Source of the DNA: Thioclava sp.
Lineage (GTDB): Bacteria; Pseudomonadota; Alphaproteobacteria; Rhodobacterales; Rhodobacteraceae
Assembly: GCF_048263065.1 (NCBI RefSeq)
Contig: NZ_JBLXEM010000003.1
Span: 239,678 to 303,677, forward strand
DNA length: 64,000 nt
Reading direction: 5' to 3'
Numbering within the stretch: the stretch's first letter is position 1; the number at the start of each line of letters is the position of its first letter. The translations under genes and the position numbers were made by a program. Positions 10,104-21,173 of this stretch are shown here, piece after piece. A model generated the notes under the pieces. The model searched no databases. It worked only from the letters and a program-made list of their open reading frames with translations, and was not told the origin of the DNA.

Positions 10104-12092
10104 ATGCGCAAGGTATTAATGACGCTGGGACTCTTCTTAATGCTGGCGCTGCCCGGCGTTGCGCAAGACAGCCCCGATCAGCCAGTCTTGGAGGCGTCTG
10201 AAACGGCGGCTTCGCCCTCGGGATTGGGCGCTGTGCTAAGTGCTCATGTCACGCAAATCGCCAAACCTTCGCGGCGCACGATCGGCCCGGTGATCGACGA
10301 AATCGCCGCCTCCGGCCCCGGTGCCTCGCGCTTTTTGCAGGCTTGGGCAGATCGGCGCGTTGGGCTGCGCAAGTCGGATGACGCATTGTTCCTGATCGAA
10401 AAGCAGGGGCAGGACTATGCGCTGAGCGATCCGGTGACGGGCGCATCGGCAGGCCGTGCGCCGCGCAGCGAGATTTCCGAGGTCAAACCCAATTCCGGCG
10501 TGCGTGCGGTGATTGGCGCAGCGCTTGTGCGGTTCCTGCTGTCCGATCCTGACCCGGCCAAGCGGCGTGAGGCGCTGACGGCGATTGAGCGCGACGGCGA
10601 GGCCAGCCATCTGGCGCCGTTGCGCGCCTCAATCGCGGATGAGCCGGACGGCCAGATCAAAGCTGAAAAACAACGGCTTGAGCGGTTGCTGACGATCCGC
10701 TTTGGCAAGGACGCGGGTGAACGTGTCGCTGCGATAGACAGCTTTGGGTCTGACACCGGGCTGGATTTGCGCGCGACGCTAAACCCGTTGGTTGCAAGGA
10801 CCCGCAAGGCATTTGCCGGCGAGCCGGGAGGCAATATCGCCAAAACGTTGCGCCCCGGTCGCGACCTGAGTGAGACCAAGGCCTATGCGCTGCTGGTCGC
10901 GGCGCAGATGGCCCCTAAACGCATCAGCGAGGGCGCGATGAAACAGGCGCTGGCGGCCAATGTGGTAGATGGTAAAGTTGGCGGTTTGCCGTTGGCGGAG
11001 ATGTCCGATCCCGCCAAACGCGAGCTGGCCTATAGTGCGCTGGCCAAGGCGGGCACGGTTGCGCCGCACCTGAGCGCGGCCGAGGCGCAGGCCCAGATCG
11101 ACGCCCATAGTTACGCCGACATCTACGCCGAGCCTGACGCGCTGGTCACACAGGCCGCCGAGGCCGGACTGGCCCGCGTCAGCCGCCAAGTCGCGATGAT
11201 GCAAAGCGTGGATTTGGGGCTCGACGGGCTGTCGCTAGCTTCGATCTATTTCCTTGCGGCGATTGGGCTCGCGATCACTTTTGGCATCATGGGCGTTATC
11301 AACATGGCGCATGGCGAATTCATCACGATGGGCGCGTATACCGGCTATGTGGTGCAGCAATTCGTGCCCGATTACACCGCCTCGATCCTGATCGCGCTGC
11401 CGCTGGCCTTCGCGATTACCTTTGGCGCGGGGGTAGCGATGGAGCGGCTGGTGATCCGCTGGCTTTACAAGCGGCCATTGGAAACGCTTTTGGCGACCTT
11501 TGGGATCTCGATTGCGCTGCAACAGCTGTTCAAGAATATCTTTGGCACGCAGGCGCGCCCACTGACCTCGCCGCCTTGGCTGGACGGGGCGCTGCAGATC
11601 AACGACATCGTCTCGATCAGCTATATTCGCATTGCGATCTTCGTGCTCGCCGTTGTTTTTCTCGCCCTTTACCTGTGGGTGATGAAACGTACGCGGCTGG
11701 GCCTTGAGGTGCGCGCGGTGACGCAAAATCCTTCGATGGCGGCGTCAATGGGGATCAACCCGGATCGCATCAATATGCTGGCCTTTGGCTTTGGTTCGGG
11801 GATCGCCGGGATCGCAGGCGTCGCTATCGGGTTATTCGCCAAGGTCACCTCGGAGATGGGACAAGACTACATTGTCCAAAGCTTCATGACCGTGGTTGTG
11901 GGCGGGGTCGGCTCAATTTTTGGCACGCTGGCGGGTGCGACGCTGATTGGCGGACTGCAAAAGGGGATCGAGTTCCTGAACCCTTCCAACACTTTGGCCG
12001 CACAAACCTACATGATCCTGTTCATCATCATCTTCATCCAATTCCGCCCGCGCGGCATCGTCGCGCTCAAGGGCCGGGCGGCGGGGGATTGA
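10104..12092 (+). CDS. urtB: urea ABC transporter permease UrtB with a long N-terminal periplasmic extension
   Basis: ATG 10104 (MRKVLMTLGLFLMLALPGVAQ is a signal peptide). About 370 aa of Ala-rich helical sequence precede the LivH-type permease core (from LSLASIYFLAAIGLAITFGIMGVINMAHGEF). Confidence 0.85.
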   Translation: MRKVLMTLGLFLMLALPGVAQDSPDQPVLEASETAASPSGLGAVLSAHVTQIAKPSRRTIGPVIDEIAASGPGASRFLQAWADRRVGLRKSDDALFLIEKQGQDYALSDPVTGASAGRAPRSEISEVKPNSGVRAVIGAALVRFLLSDPDPAKRREALTAIERDGEASHLAPLRASIADEPDGQIKAEKQRLERLLTIRFGKDAGERVAAIDSFGSDTGLDLRATLNPLVARTRKAFAGEPGGNIAKTLRPGRDLSETKAYALLVAAQMAPKRISEGAMKQALAANVVDGKVGGLPLAEMSDPAKRELAYSALAKAGTVAPHLSAAEAQAQIDAHSYADIYAEPDALVTQAAEAGLARVSRQVAMMQSVDLGLDGLSLASIYFLAAIGLAITFGIMGVINMAHGEFITMGAYTGYVVQQFVPDYTASILIALPLAFAITFGAGVAMERLVIRWLYKRPLETLLATFGISIALQQLFKNIFGTQARPLTSPPWLDGALQINDIVSISYIRIAIFVLAVVFLALYLWVMKRTRLGLEVRAVTQNPSMAASMGINPDRINMLAFGFGSGIAGIAGVAIGLFAKVTSEMGQDYIVQSFMTVVVGGVGSIFGTLAGATLIGGLQKGIEFLNPSNTLAAQTYMILFIIIFIQFRPRGIVALKGRAAGD

Positions 12093-12126
12093 GCATGGCA
12101 CACCCGTTTTCCCTTTCCCCTTGGCT

Positions 12127-12171
12127 CAAATATCCCGCGGGGGGGCGGGGGTGCGAAACCCCCGCTGCGAC
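12127..12171. repeat. GC-rich intergenic repeat (AAATATCCCG-GGGGG head plus hairpin) in the urtB-urtC spacer
   Basis: CAAATATCCCGCGGGGGGGCGGGGGTGCGAAACCCCCGCTGCGAC. The hairpin is GCGGGGG (12145-51) / CCCCCGC (12159-65). It is related to copies at 45566-45630 and 49157-49210. Confidence 0.6.
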
Positions 12172-12186
12172 ATCGGAGGCAGGCGC

Positions 12187-13410
12187 ATGAGACCCGGATT
12201 TCTGGTCAAGAACCCCTCGGTGATCTGGTTCCTGCTGATCCTTGCGGTGTTCACGCTGACAATCACCTTGCTGAGCCATGCCTATGGGCCGGGGCTGATT
12301 TCGACCTCGATGGTCAAGACCTTGGGCAAGACGCTGTGCCTGTGCCTGATCGCCATCGCGATGGATCTGGTCTGGGGCTACACGGGCATTCTGAGCCTTG
12401 GCCATTTCGCGTTTTTCGGCCTTGGCGGCTACATGATCGGCATGTGGCTGATGTATGAGCGCACGCGCGATATCGTGCTGAAATCGGCCAGCGATTTCCC
12501 GATGACCCCGCAAGAGCTGCAAGACGCGATTGGTAGCCAGATTTTCGGCGTCGTGGGTAGCTCGAAACTGCCTGCAATTTGGAGCTTTGCGGGCAGCTTG
12601 CCGATGCAATTGCTGTTTGTCGTTCTGGTGCCGGGGCTGCTGGCGCTGGTGTTTGGCTGGCTGGCGTTTCGCTCGCGCGTGACGGGGGTGTATCTGTCGA
12701 TCCTGACGCAGGCGATGACGCTGGCGCTGGCGCTGTATCTGTTTCAAAACGAAAGCGGGCTGCGCGGCAACAATGGCTTGTCGGGGCTGCAAAACATTCC
12801 TGGCCTCAGCGCGGATCAGGATCATTCCTCGGTCTGGTTTCTGTGGGCTTCGGCGCTGGCGCTGGCTTTGGGGTATATCCTCGCATCAGCGATTGTGTCG
12901 GGCAAGTTCGGCTCGGTGATGCGCGGTATTCGCGATGACGAGGCGCGGGTGCGCTTTCTGGGCTATCCGGTTGAGGGGTTCAAGCTGTTCGTCTTTACCT
13001 TAACGGCGGTGATCGCGGCGATTGCGGGGGCGCTGTATTATCCGCAGGCGGGTATCATCAACCCCGGAGAGATGGCGCCGATTGCCTCGATCTATCTGGC
13101 GGTCTGGGTCGCGATTGGCGGGCGTGGGCGGCTATATGGCGCGGTGATGGGGGCGTTTTTCGTCTCTATCGTTTCAAGCTGGTTTACCGGAGGGCGGGTG
13201 CCTGACGTGCCGCTTGGGTTTTACACGATCAAATGGGTCGATTGGTGGCAGGTGTTGCTGGGGCTGGCTTTCGTGTTGGTCACGTTGCTTGCGCCCAAGG
13301 GGCTGTCGGGCTTGGTCGATCTGATCGCGGGGCTGCGCCCGCCCAAACGGGGCGGCACGCCGCTTGGCCCCGATGCAGGCAGCTTGCAAGAAGAGGAGGC
13401 GCGGGAATGA
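12187..13410 (+). CDS. urtC: urea ABC transporter permease UrtC
   Basis: LivM-type permease. ATG 12187 is preceded by GGAGGC, and the product begins MRPGFLVKNPSVIWFLLILAVF... Confidence 0.85.
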   Translation: MRPGFLVKNPSVIWFLLILAVFTLTITLLSHAYGPGLISTSMVKTLGKTLCLCLIAIAMDLVWGYTGILSLGHFAFFGLGGYMIGMWLMYERTRDIVLKSASDFPMTPQELQDAIGSQIFGVVGSSKLPAIWSFAGSLPMQLLFVVLVPGLLALVFGWLAFRSRVTGVYLSILTQAMTLALALYLFQNESGLRGNNGLSGLQNIPGLSADQDHSSVWFLWASALALALGYILASAIVSGKFGSVMRGIRDDEARVRFLGYPVEGFKLFVFTLTAVIAAIAGALYYPQAGIINPGEMAPIASIYLAVWVAIGGRGRLYGAVMGAFFVSIVSSWFTGGRVPDVPLGFYTIKWVDWWQVLLGLAFVLVTLLAPKGLSGLVDLIAGLRPPKRGGTPLGPDAGSLQEEEARE

Positions 13411-14165
13411 GTATCGGCGCAGGCTCTGGCACGCTATTGGAGGTCTCGGGCATCTCGGTCAGCTTTGACGGGTTCAAGGCGATCAACAATCTTAGTTTCA
13501 ACATCGGCCCAGCCGAGCTGCGCGCGGTGATCGGCCCCAATGGCGCGGGCAAGACGACCTTTATGGATATCGTCACCGGCAAGACCCGCCCCGATGAGGG
13601 CACGGTTTTATGGGGGCCGATGTCCACTAATCTGCTGCGGCGCAACGAGGCGCAGATCGCGCGCGCCGGGGTCGGGCGCAAGTTTCAGCGCCCCACGGTG
13701 TTTGAGGATCAATCGGTCACCGACAATCTGATGATGGCGCTCAAAGCCGCGCGCAGCCCGTGGAAGGTGCTGTTCTGGCGGGCCGGGACCAAGGACGATG
13801 CCCGCGTGGCCGAGGTTGCCGCGCAAGTGGGCTTAGCAGATCAACTGCCGCGTAAGGCGGGTGAGTTGAGCCACGGGCAGAAACAATGGCTAGAGATCGG
13901 GATGCTGTTGGCACAGGAACCCAAGCTGTTGCTGGTCGATGAACCCGCCGCCGGCATGACTTTGGCCGAGCGTGAGGCGACAACCGCGTTGCTGGTCGAT
14001 CTGGCCCGCACGCGCGCGGTGGTCGTGGTCGAGCATGACATGGAGTTCGTGCGCCGTCTGAATTGTCGGGTCACGGTGCTGCATGAGGGGGCGGTTCTGG
14101 CCGAAGGATCGCTAGATCATGTGACGGCGGATAAAAAGGTGATCGAGGTGTATCTTGGACGCTGA
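13407..14165 (+). CDS. urtD: urea ABC transporter ATP-binding protein UrtD
   Basis: Walker A GPNGAGKTT, signature LSHGQKQ, Walker B LLLVDEPAAGM. It has an ATGA overlap with urtC. Confidence 0.9.
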   Translation: MSIGAGSGTLLEVSGISVSFDGFKAINNLSFNIGPAELRAVIGPNGAGKTTFMDIVTGKTRPDEGTVLWGPMSTNLLRRNEAQIARAGVGRKFQRPTVFEDQSVTDNLMMALKAARSPWKVLFWRAGTKDDARVAEVAAQVGLADQLPRKAGELSHGQKQWLEIGMLLAQEPKLLLVDEPAAGMTLAEREATTALLVDLARTRAVVVVEHDMEFVRRLNCRVTVLHEGAVLAEGSLDHVTADKKVIEVYLGR

Positions 14166-14178
14166 CGTGAAAACCGCG

Positions 14179-14874
14179 ATGTTACGTACGCAAGGGCTGA
14201 CGCTGCACTATGGCGGCAGTCAGATCCTGTATGGCATCGACATGCAGGCCCGCGCGGGCGAGGTGACCTGCATCATGGGCACGAACGGGGTGGGCAAGAC
14301 CTCGCTGCTCAAGGCGATCTCGGGGACGCATATCCGCTCGGGCGGGGATGTGGTCTTGGACGGGGCCGAGATGGGGCATGTGCCGCCGCAAGGCATGGCG
14401 CGCGCGGGACTGGGTTATGTGCCTCAGGGGCGGATGATATTCCCGCTGCTGAGTGTGCGCGAGAATATGGAAACGGCATTTGCCTGTTTGCCGAAATCGG
14501 AACATTTCATTCCCGACGAGATTTACGAGCTGTTTCCGATCCTGAAGGAGTTCCTGAATCGCCGTGGCGGCGATCTGTCGGGCGGGCAGCAGCAGCAGCT
14601 TGCGATTGCGCGCGCGATGCTGATGAAGCCCAAGCTTTTGTTGCTGGATGAGCCGACCGAAGGCATCCAGCCCAACATCATCCACCAGATCGGGCGGGTG
14701 ATTTCCTATCTGCGCGACAAGGGCGATATCGCGATTGTTCTGGTCGAGCAGTATTTCGACTTTGCCCATGATCTGGGGGATCGGTTTTATGTGCTCAAAC
14801 GCGGCGCGGTGGCGATGGAAGGCACGAAAGAGACCCTGACGCGTGAGGTGTTGCGCGAGGTGGTCTCGGTCTGA
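14179..14874 (+). CDS. urtE: urea ABC transporter ATP-binding protein UrtE
   Basis: MLRTQGLTLHYGGSQILYGIDMQ..., Walker A GTNGVGKTS, signature LSGGQQQ, Walker B LLLLDEPTEG. GTG 14167 is an alternative start. Confidence 0.9.
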   Translation: MLRTQGLTLHYGGSQILYGIDMQARAGEVTCIMGTNGVGKTSLLKAISGTHIRSGGDVVLDGAEMGHVPPQGMARAGLGYVPQGRMIFPLLSVRENMETAFACLPKSEHFIPDEIYELFPILKEFLNRRGGDLSGGQQQQLAIARAMLMKPKLLLLDEPTEGIQPNIIHQIGRVISYLRDKGDIAIVLVEQYFDFAHDLGDRFYVLKRGAVAMEGTKETLTREVLREVVSV

Positions 14875-15048
14875 GGCAAGCCTTGGGCGCGTGCTGAGGC
14901 GGTTGGGGCGGCTAAAATCGGCGAATTTCCGCCGCTTGCGGTGGGCGGCGACAGATAGGCTTTCGCGAAACGTGGCTTTCTCGCTATGGGTTTTGGAAAC
15001 AATCGGCTCTGAAGCCATAAAGCCCGTAGCCCGCGAGACAGTGACCAA

Positions 15049-15636
15049 ATGCCCAACATCAACACCACCTCGAAACTGACGTTTCGTCTGCCCCTCTTGA
15101 TTGCCGTTTTGGCAACTGTTGCCGCCTGTTCGGATGGTACGAAACTATCGGCTGATCCGGCGATGAATTTCGCCAGCGCGCAGGAGCAGTCGGGCGTGTC
15201 CCCCGAACGCCGCGCCTATGCGGTCGCGGTCGCCAAGAAGATGCGCGCCCAGCGTCAGCGGGTCTGGTGCGTGCCGTTCGCGCGCAATGCCTCGGGCGTT
15301 GAAATTCGCGGTAATGCGCGGACGTGGTGGTCAAAGGCACATGGAACGTATGAGCGCGGCCACACGCCCAAAGTCGGCGCGGTGATGGCGTTTTCATCAA
15401 GCCGCAAGATTCCGCTGGGTCATGTCGCGGTTGTCTCGGCCGTCGACTCGCCGCGCCAGATCCGCATTGATCACGCCAACTGGAAGCGCAATCAGGTCTC
15501 GCTGGATATGATCGTGATGGACGTGTCGCGCAAAAACGACTGGAGCCAAGTGCGCGTAATGAGTCAGCCAAACGCACTGGGCAGCGTTTATCCAGTCTCG
15601 GGCTTTATCACTAACGGGGTGCAGGCGCGGAGTTAA
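15049..15636 (+). CDS. CHAP domain-containing lipoprotein (putative peptidoglycan amidase/peptidase)
   Basis: Lipobox LATVAAC. The CHAP-like Cys/His pattern is WCVPFARNASG...GAVMAF...GHVAVVSAV. Confidence 0.7.
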   Translation: MPNINTTSKLTFRLPLLIAVLATVAACSDGTKLSADPAMNFASAQEQSGVSPERRAYAVAVAKKMRAQRQRVWCVPFARNASGVEIRGNARTWWSKAHGTYERGHTPKVGAVMAFSSSRKIPLGHVAVVSAVDSPRQIRIDHANWKRNQVSLDMIVMDVSRKNDWSQVRVMSQPNALGSVYPVSGFITNGVQARS

Positions 15637-15674
15637 ATGCGGCGGGGCATTCTGAGGCAGCAGAATTGTGAAAC

Positions 15675-16271
15675 TTACTGCACCTCAGTGGGGTAATTGA
15701 AAGCCTCAAAATCAGACGCGTAAACAGTTCGCACAACCTCTGCCGTTTTCGTATTTGAATAATAGTCTTGCCATTTTTTGCGTGCACTTTTTCTGGCGTG
15801 TCCGATTTCTACGTTTTTGAGATCAAGCCTGTCGACAATTTTTCCCAAAATATTTTCGAGACCGTCTTCAAAGCGATAAGCTTCTGACGTTACTTGTCCG
15901 CTGGCTGAGTGAAGAAAAAACGATTGAGGCAGAAAGTGAATTTGCTGGCTCCATTTCTCATCGAAGCGATTGAGAATGAAATCTTCGAACGTGCTCGCTT
16001 TGATTAAGCCCCGTTGATCGTGGAAGTCGTGAAACAACGAAACCATCCGGTCAAAAGGATTGCGCGTGACGCCAAACGAGAAATATGAATCGAACTTATG
16101 TGGACCCATTATTTTTCGTATGTCTTCAGCATTCAGGTGGTAAACTGGCGCGAGCTTGCTTTTGGTTTCATTATTGGCACCAAGAGCCTTTTTAAGGGAG
16201 TGGTGGATTGATGTGCTTCCAGTTTTGGGAACGGAAACTGAGACAAGCTTGGCGCGATGATCTACTAACAC
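15675..16271 (-). CDS. sulfotransferase family protein (Sulfotransfer_2-like), on a low-GC islet
   Basis: 198 aa. GTG start at 16271 with GAGG upstream. PAPS-binding-like motifs VPKTGSTS (5'-PSB) and RNPFDRMVS (3'-PB). The lines I counted give 37-45% G+C, against 65% in the flanking gene. Confidence 0.7.
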   Translation of the reverse strand: MLVDHRAKLVSVSVPKTGSTSIHHSLKKALGANNETKSKLAPVYHLNAEDIRKIMGPHKFDSYFSFGVTRNPFDRMVSLFHDFHDQRGLIKASTFEDFILNRFDEKWSQQIHFLPQSFFLHSASGQVTSEAYRFEDGLENILGKIVDRLDLKNVEIGHARKSARKKWQDYYSNTKTAEVVRTVYASDFEAFNYPTEVQ

Positions 16272-16441
16272 GGTCCGTTTACCTCACTTGAAATTTGATA
16301 TTTTTCCGAAATTTGGTCTGCTTGGGTTTAAGCTTAGGCAGAGTGTTCTTGTAACTTACCAACCGTGTATGAAGGTCGCGTTATTAAAGGCTTTTGCCAC
16401 GTCTTTTGGTTGCAGTCCGTCACTGAAATGCGGCATCCCCC

Positions 16442-16843
16442 TCAAGTGTCCCCCACCAACCGATCCGCTTTTTTGCGCACCAAGATCGTGCGCAGATCGT
16501 GCATGGTCAGCAGCAGCGTGTCGGTGATTTCTTCAAGCTGGGCGTCGGTTGCCTTGGATTGCGCCCATTGGGTGACAAGGTTGAGGTGATCGACGGCGCG
16601 TAGGATGTCATCGACTTCACGCGCGCCTAGAACCTCGCGGCGATGGGTGATCCAGGCCTCGATCTCGGCGCGGTCCTCGGGGGTGAGGGCGCGCTCGCCT
16701 TGGGGTTTGATCTCGCCATTTTTGACATTAACAACCGCGATCTGGTCCAACTCGATGCGGCGCTGACGGTTCTCGGTATCGACGCGAAACACCGCAGCGC
16801 CGTTGTCTTTTACCCGAAAGTAATACTCTGGCAGATCGCCCAT
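16442..16843 (-). CDS. hypothetical protein (133 aa), downstream of the aminotransferase
   Basis: Internal ATG at 16843 (MGDLPEYYFRVKDNGAAVFRVD...). The composition is genome-typical and no family is recognised. Confidence 0.55.
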   Translation of the reverse strand: MGDLPEYYFRVKDNGAAVFRVDTENRQRRIELDQIAVVNVKNGEIKPQGERALTPEDRAEIEAWITHRREVLGAREVDDILRAVDHLNLVTQWAQSKATDAQLEEITDTLLLTMHDLRTILVRKKADRLVGDT

Positions 16844-16874
16844 AAACCTATGTCCCCGCTGGCCGTTTTCGGCC

Positions 16875-18812
<1,938 letters not shown>

Positions 18813-18939
18813 TCGCGAACGATTCCCCGTCTAGCTGCACCCCAAACGCCTTAAAATAGGGCGTTTTGGGCGCTTAACGGTATCTTTGCCATTTCCCGCC
18901 AGTGTTGCAGCCTAGAAATGCGAACTCGCGGAGAATCGG

Positions 18940-19449
18940 ATGACCGTGCAGAAAATGGGAAATGATATGGCGCCCGCGCCGGGACTGCCGGGGCTGATGG
19001 CGGGCTATCTGGACAGTCTTGCGCTGCTGGAACGGCTGCACCGGCTGCTGCTGGATGTGATCAAGGACGAGTTTGAAAGGCTCAACATCCTTGAGATCAA
19101 TCCAGTTCAGGCGCTGCTGCTGTTCAATGTCGGCGAGAATGAGGTGACGGCGGGCGAGTTGAAGACACGCGGCTATTACCAAGGCTCTAACGTATCTTAT
19201 AACCTCAAAAAGCTGGTCGAAACCGGCCATATGCATCATCAGCGCTGCGAAATTGACCGCCGTTCAGTGCGGGTGCGCTTGACGCCCAAGGGCCGCGAGT
19301 TGCGCGAAAACGTTGAGGCCTTGTTCGCACGGCACGCCAAAGGGATGGATGCGCGCGGGGTGATTTCGTTTGAGGCGATGGAGGAAATGAACCACACGCT
19401 GCGCCGGATGGAACGCTATTGGTCTGATCAGATCCGTTATATTTACTGA
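18940..19449 (+). CDS. MarR/winged-helix family transcriptional regulator
   Basis: 169 aa with ...VTAGELKTRGYYQGSNVSYNLKKLVETGHMHHQRCEIDRRSVRVRLTPKGREL..., a wHTH with wing. Confidence 0.75.
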   Translation: MTVQKMGNDMAPAPGLPGLMAGYLDSLALLERLHRLLLDVIKDEFERLNILEINPVQALLLFNVGENEVTAGELKTRGYYQGSNVSYNLKKLVETGHMHHQRCEIDRRSVRVRLTPKGRELRENVEALFARHAKGMDARGVISFEAMEEMNHTLRRMERYWSDQIRYIY

Positions 19450-19614
19450 ACGCGCGGTGGTTGCGGCGTGCCCGCTAAGAAGGCGGCTGTCTTCGATCTG
19501 CAAGGTGCCGCTGCGTTTTAAGTTTCCTGAAATTTCCGTGGTGACGCGCCGTCTTGCTTGTGAGAGCGGGACGGCGCGTGTTTGGTGATCCTGAATAATC
19601 CTTGGGAGGGGACG

Positions 19615-20775
19615 ATGCGTAAATTTCTGCGGTGGACGTTACGGTTACTGGCGGTTGTAGTGATCGTCGTAGCGGGGTTGGCGATCTGGAAACGTCAGGA
19701 AATCGCGCGGCTTTGGGCAGTCAATCATCTGTTTGATGCCGACCGGATCACCGCCAATTTTTCGGATATGCCCGCGCTGTTTCGCTCGCGCGTGTTGGAC
19801 CGTGGCACCGGGCCGATCACGCCTTTGGCCGAGGGTGCGCAGATTACCCTGCCCAAAGGTGCGCAGGATTGGATTGATCGGCGCTGGGTGACGGGGCTGG
19901 TGGTGCTGCACAACGGCCAGCAAGTGTTTGAGCAGTATTACCGCGACACCAAGCCCGATGATGAACGCATCAGTTGGTCGGTCGCGAAATCCTTCTTGTC
20001 TGCCACCTTCGGCATTTTGCATGACGACGGCACGATCCCGGATCTGGACGCGCAGGTGACGCAATATGCGCCCGCGCTCAAGGGCTCGGCCTATGACGGG
20101 ACGAGCATTCGCGATGTTTTGACGATGTCCTCGGGGGTGGCCTTTAACGAGGATTATCTGGACTATAATTCCGACATCAACCGCATGGGCCGAGTGCTGG
20201 CGCTGGGCGGGTCGATGAATGAATTCGCTGCTGGGCTGAAAATGCGCGCGGCCAATCCCGGCGCGCGGATGCATTACGTCTCAATCGACACGCATGTTTT
20301 GGGCATGGTGATCGCGGGGGCTACGGGGACCGATCCGGCGGTGGCGATGAATGATCTGATCATCAAGCCGCTGGGGCTGGAGGCCTCGCCGGTGATGCTG
20401 ACGGACGGCGAGGGCACCTCGTTTGTGCTGGGTGGGCTGAACCTGCGCACCCGCGATTACGCGCGTTTCGGGCAGTTGTTTTTGCAAGATGGCCAATGGC
20501 AAGGTCGCCAGATCGTGCCCGCCGATTGGGTTGCGGCCTCGACCTCACTGCAAGCGCCGGGCGGGGCGGGCTATGGTTATCAATGGTGGGTGCCTACCGA
20601 CACCGCCCTACATGGCGGCGATTATTTCGCCCACGGGATTTACGGCCAATATATCTACATCAATCCAGCCCATGATGCCGTAATAGCGGTCAATTCCGCT
20701 GATCGTGGCTTCAAAGAGGCTGGCGTGGACGCAGAAAACCTTGCCATGCTGCGGCGCATCGCGGAAGCTTTGTAA
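19615..20775 (+). CDS. serine hydrolase (beta-lactamase/PBP-like family), membrane anchored
   Basis: N-terminal TM segment LLAVVVIVVAGLAI. The SxxK motif is SVAK in ISWSVAKSF. About 386 aa from ATG 19615. Confidence 0.75.
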   Translation: MRKFLRWTLRLLAVVVIVVAGLAIWKRQEIARLWAVNHLFDADRITANFSDMPALFRSRVLDRGTGPITPLAEGAQITLPKGAQDWIDRRWVTGLVVLHNGQQVFEQYYRDTKPDDERISWSVAKSFLSATFGILHDDGTIPDLDAQVTQYAPALKGSAYDGTSIRDVLTMSSGVAFNEDYLDYNSDINRMGRVLALGGSMNEFAAGLKMRAANPGARMHYVSIDTHVLGMVIAGATGTDPAVAMNDLIIKPLGLEASPVMLTDGEGTSFVLGGLNLRTRDYARFGQLFLQDGQWQGRQIVPADWVAASTSLQAPGGAGYGYQWWVPTDTALHGGDYFAHGIYGQYIYINPAHDAVIAVNSADRGFKEAGVDAENLAMLRRIAEAL

Positions 20776-20791
20776 AAAGGGGCCGAACGCG

Positions 20792-21169
20792 ATGCAGATG
20801 TATGAGGCGGTGAATGTGCTGGGCGAGGCGTTGCAGCCTTGCTCAAAGCGCCCGATGACCGGGTTTTTCCGCGATGGCAGTTGCAACACCTGCTGGGAGG
20901 ATTCCGGCTCTCACACGGTCTGCGCGTTGATGACGGCCGAATTTTTGGCCTGGTCAAAATATGTCGGCAATGACCTTAGCACGCCGCGCCCCGAATACGG
21001 GTTTGGCGGGCTCAAACCGGGTGATTGCTGGTGTCTGTGCGCGGCGCGGTTTGCCGATGCGGCGTTGGAGGGCTGCGCGCCCAAGGTCATGCTGGCCTCG
21101 ACCCATCGCGATGCGCTGCGCGAAGTGTCGTTGGCGGTCCTGAAGGAGCACGCCGCGCAAAGCAAATAG
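20792..21169 (+). CDS. DUF2237 family protein
   Basis: 125 aa with ...PMTGFFRDGSCNTCWEDSGSHTVCALMTAEFLAWSKYVGNDLSTPRP...PGDCWCLCAARF. Confidence 0.75.
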   Translation: MQMYEAVNVLGEALQPCSKRPMTGFFRDGSCNTCWEDSGSHTVCALMTAEFLAWSKYVGNDLSTPRPEYGFGGLKPGDCWCLCAARFADAALEGCAPKVMLASTHRDALREVSLAVLKEHAAQSK

Positions 21170-21173
21170 CGCG

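Noticed and set aside
16345-16359. GTTC-N7-TTAC, a near SOS box, upstream of the sulfotransferase on the low-GC islet.
   Set aside because: Only one half-site matches the GTTCN7GTTC consensus. A single half-site in AT-rich DNA is expected by chance.
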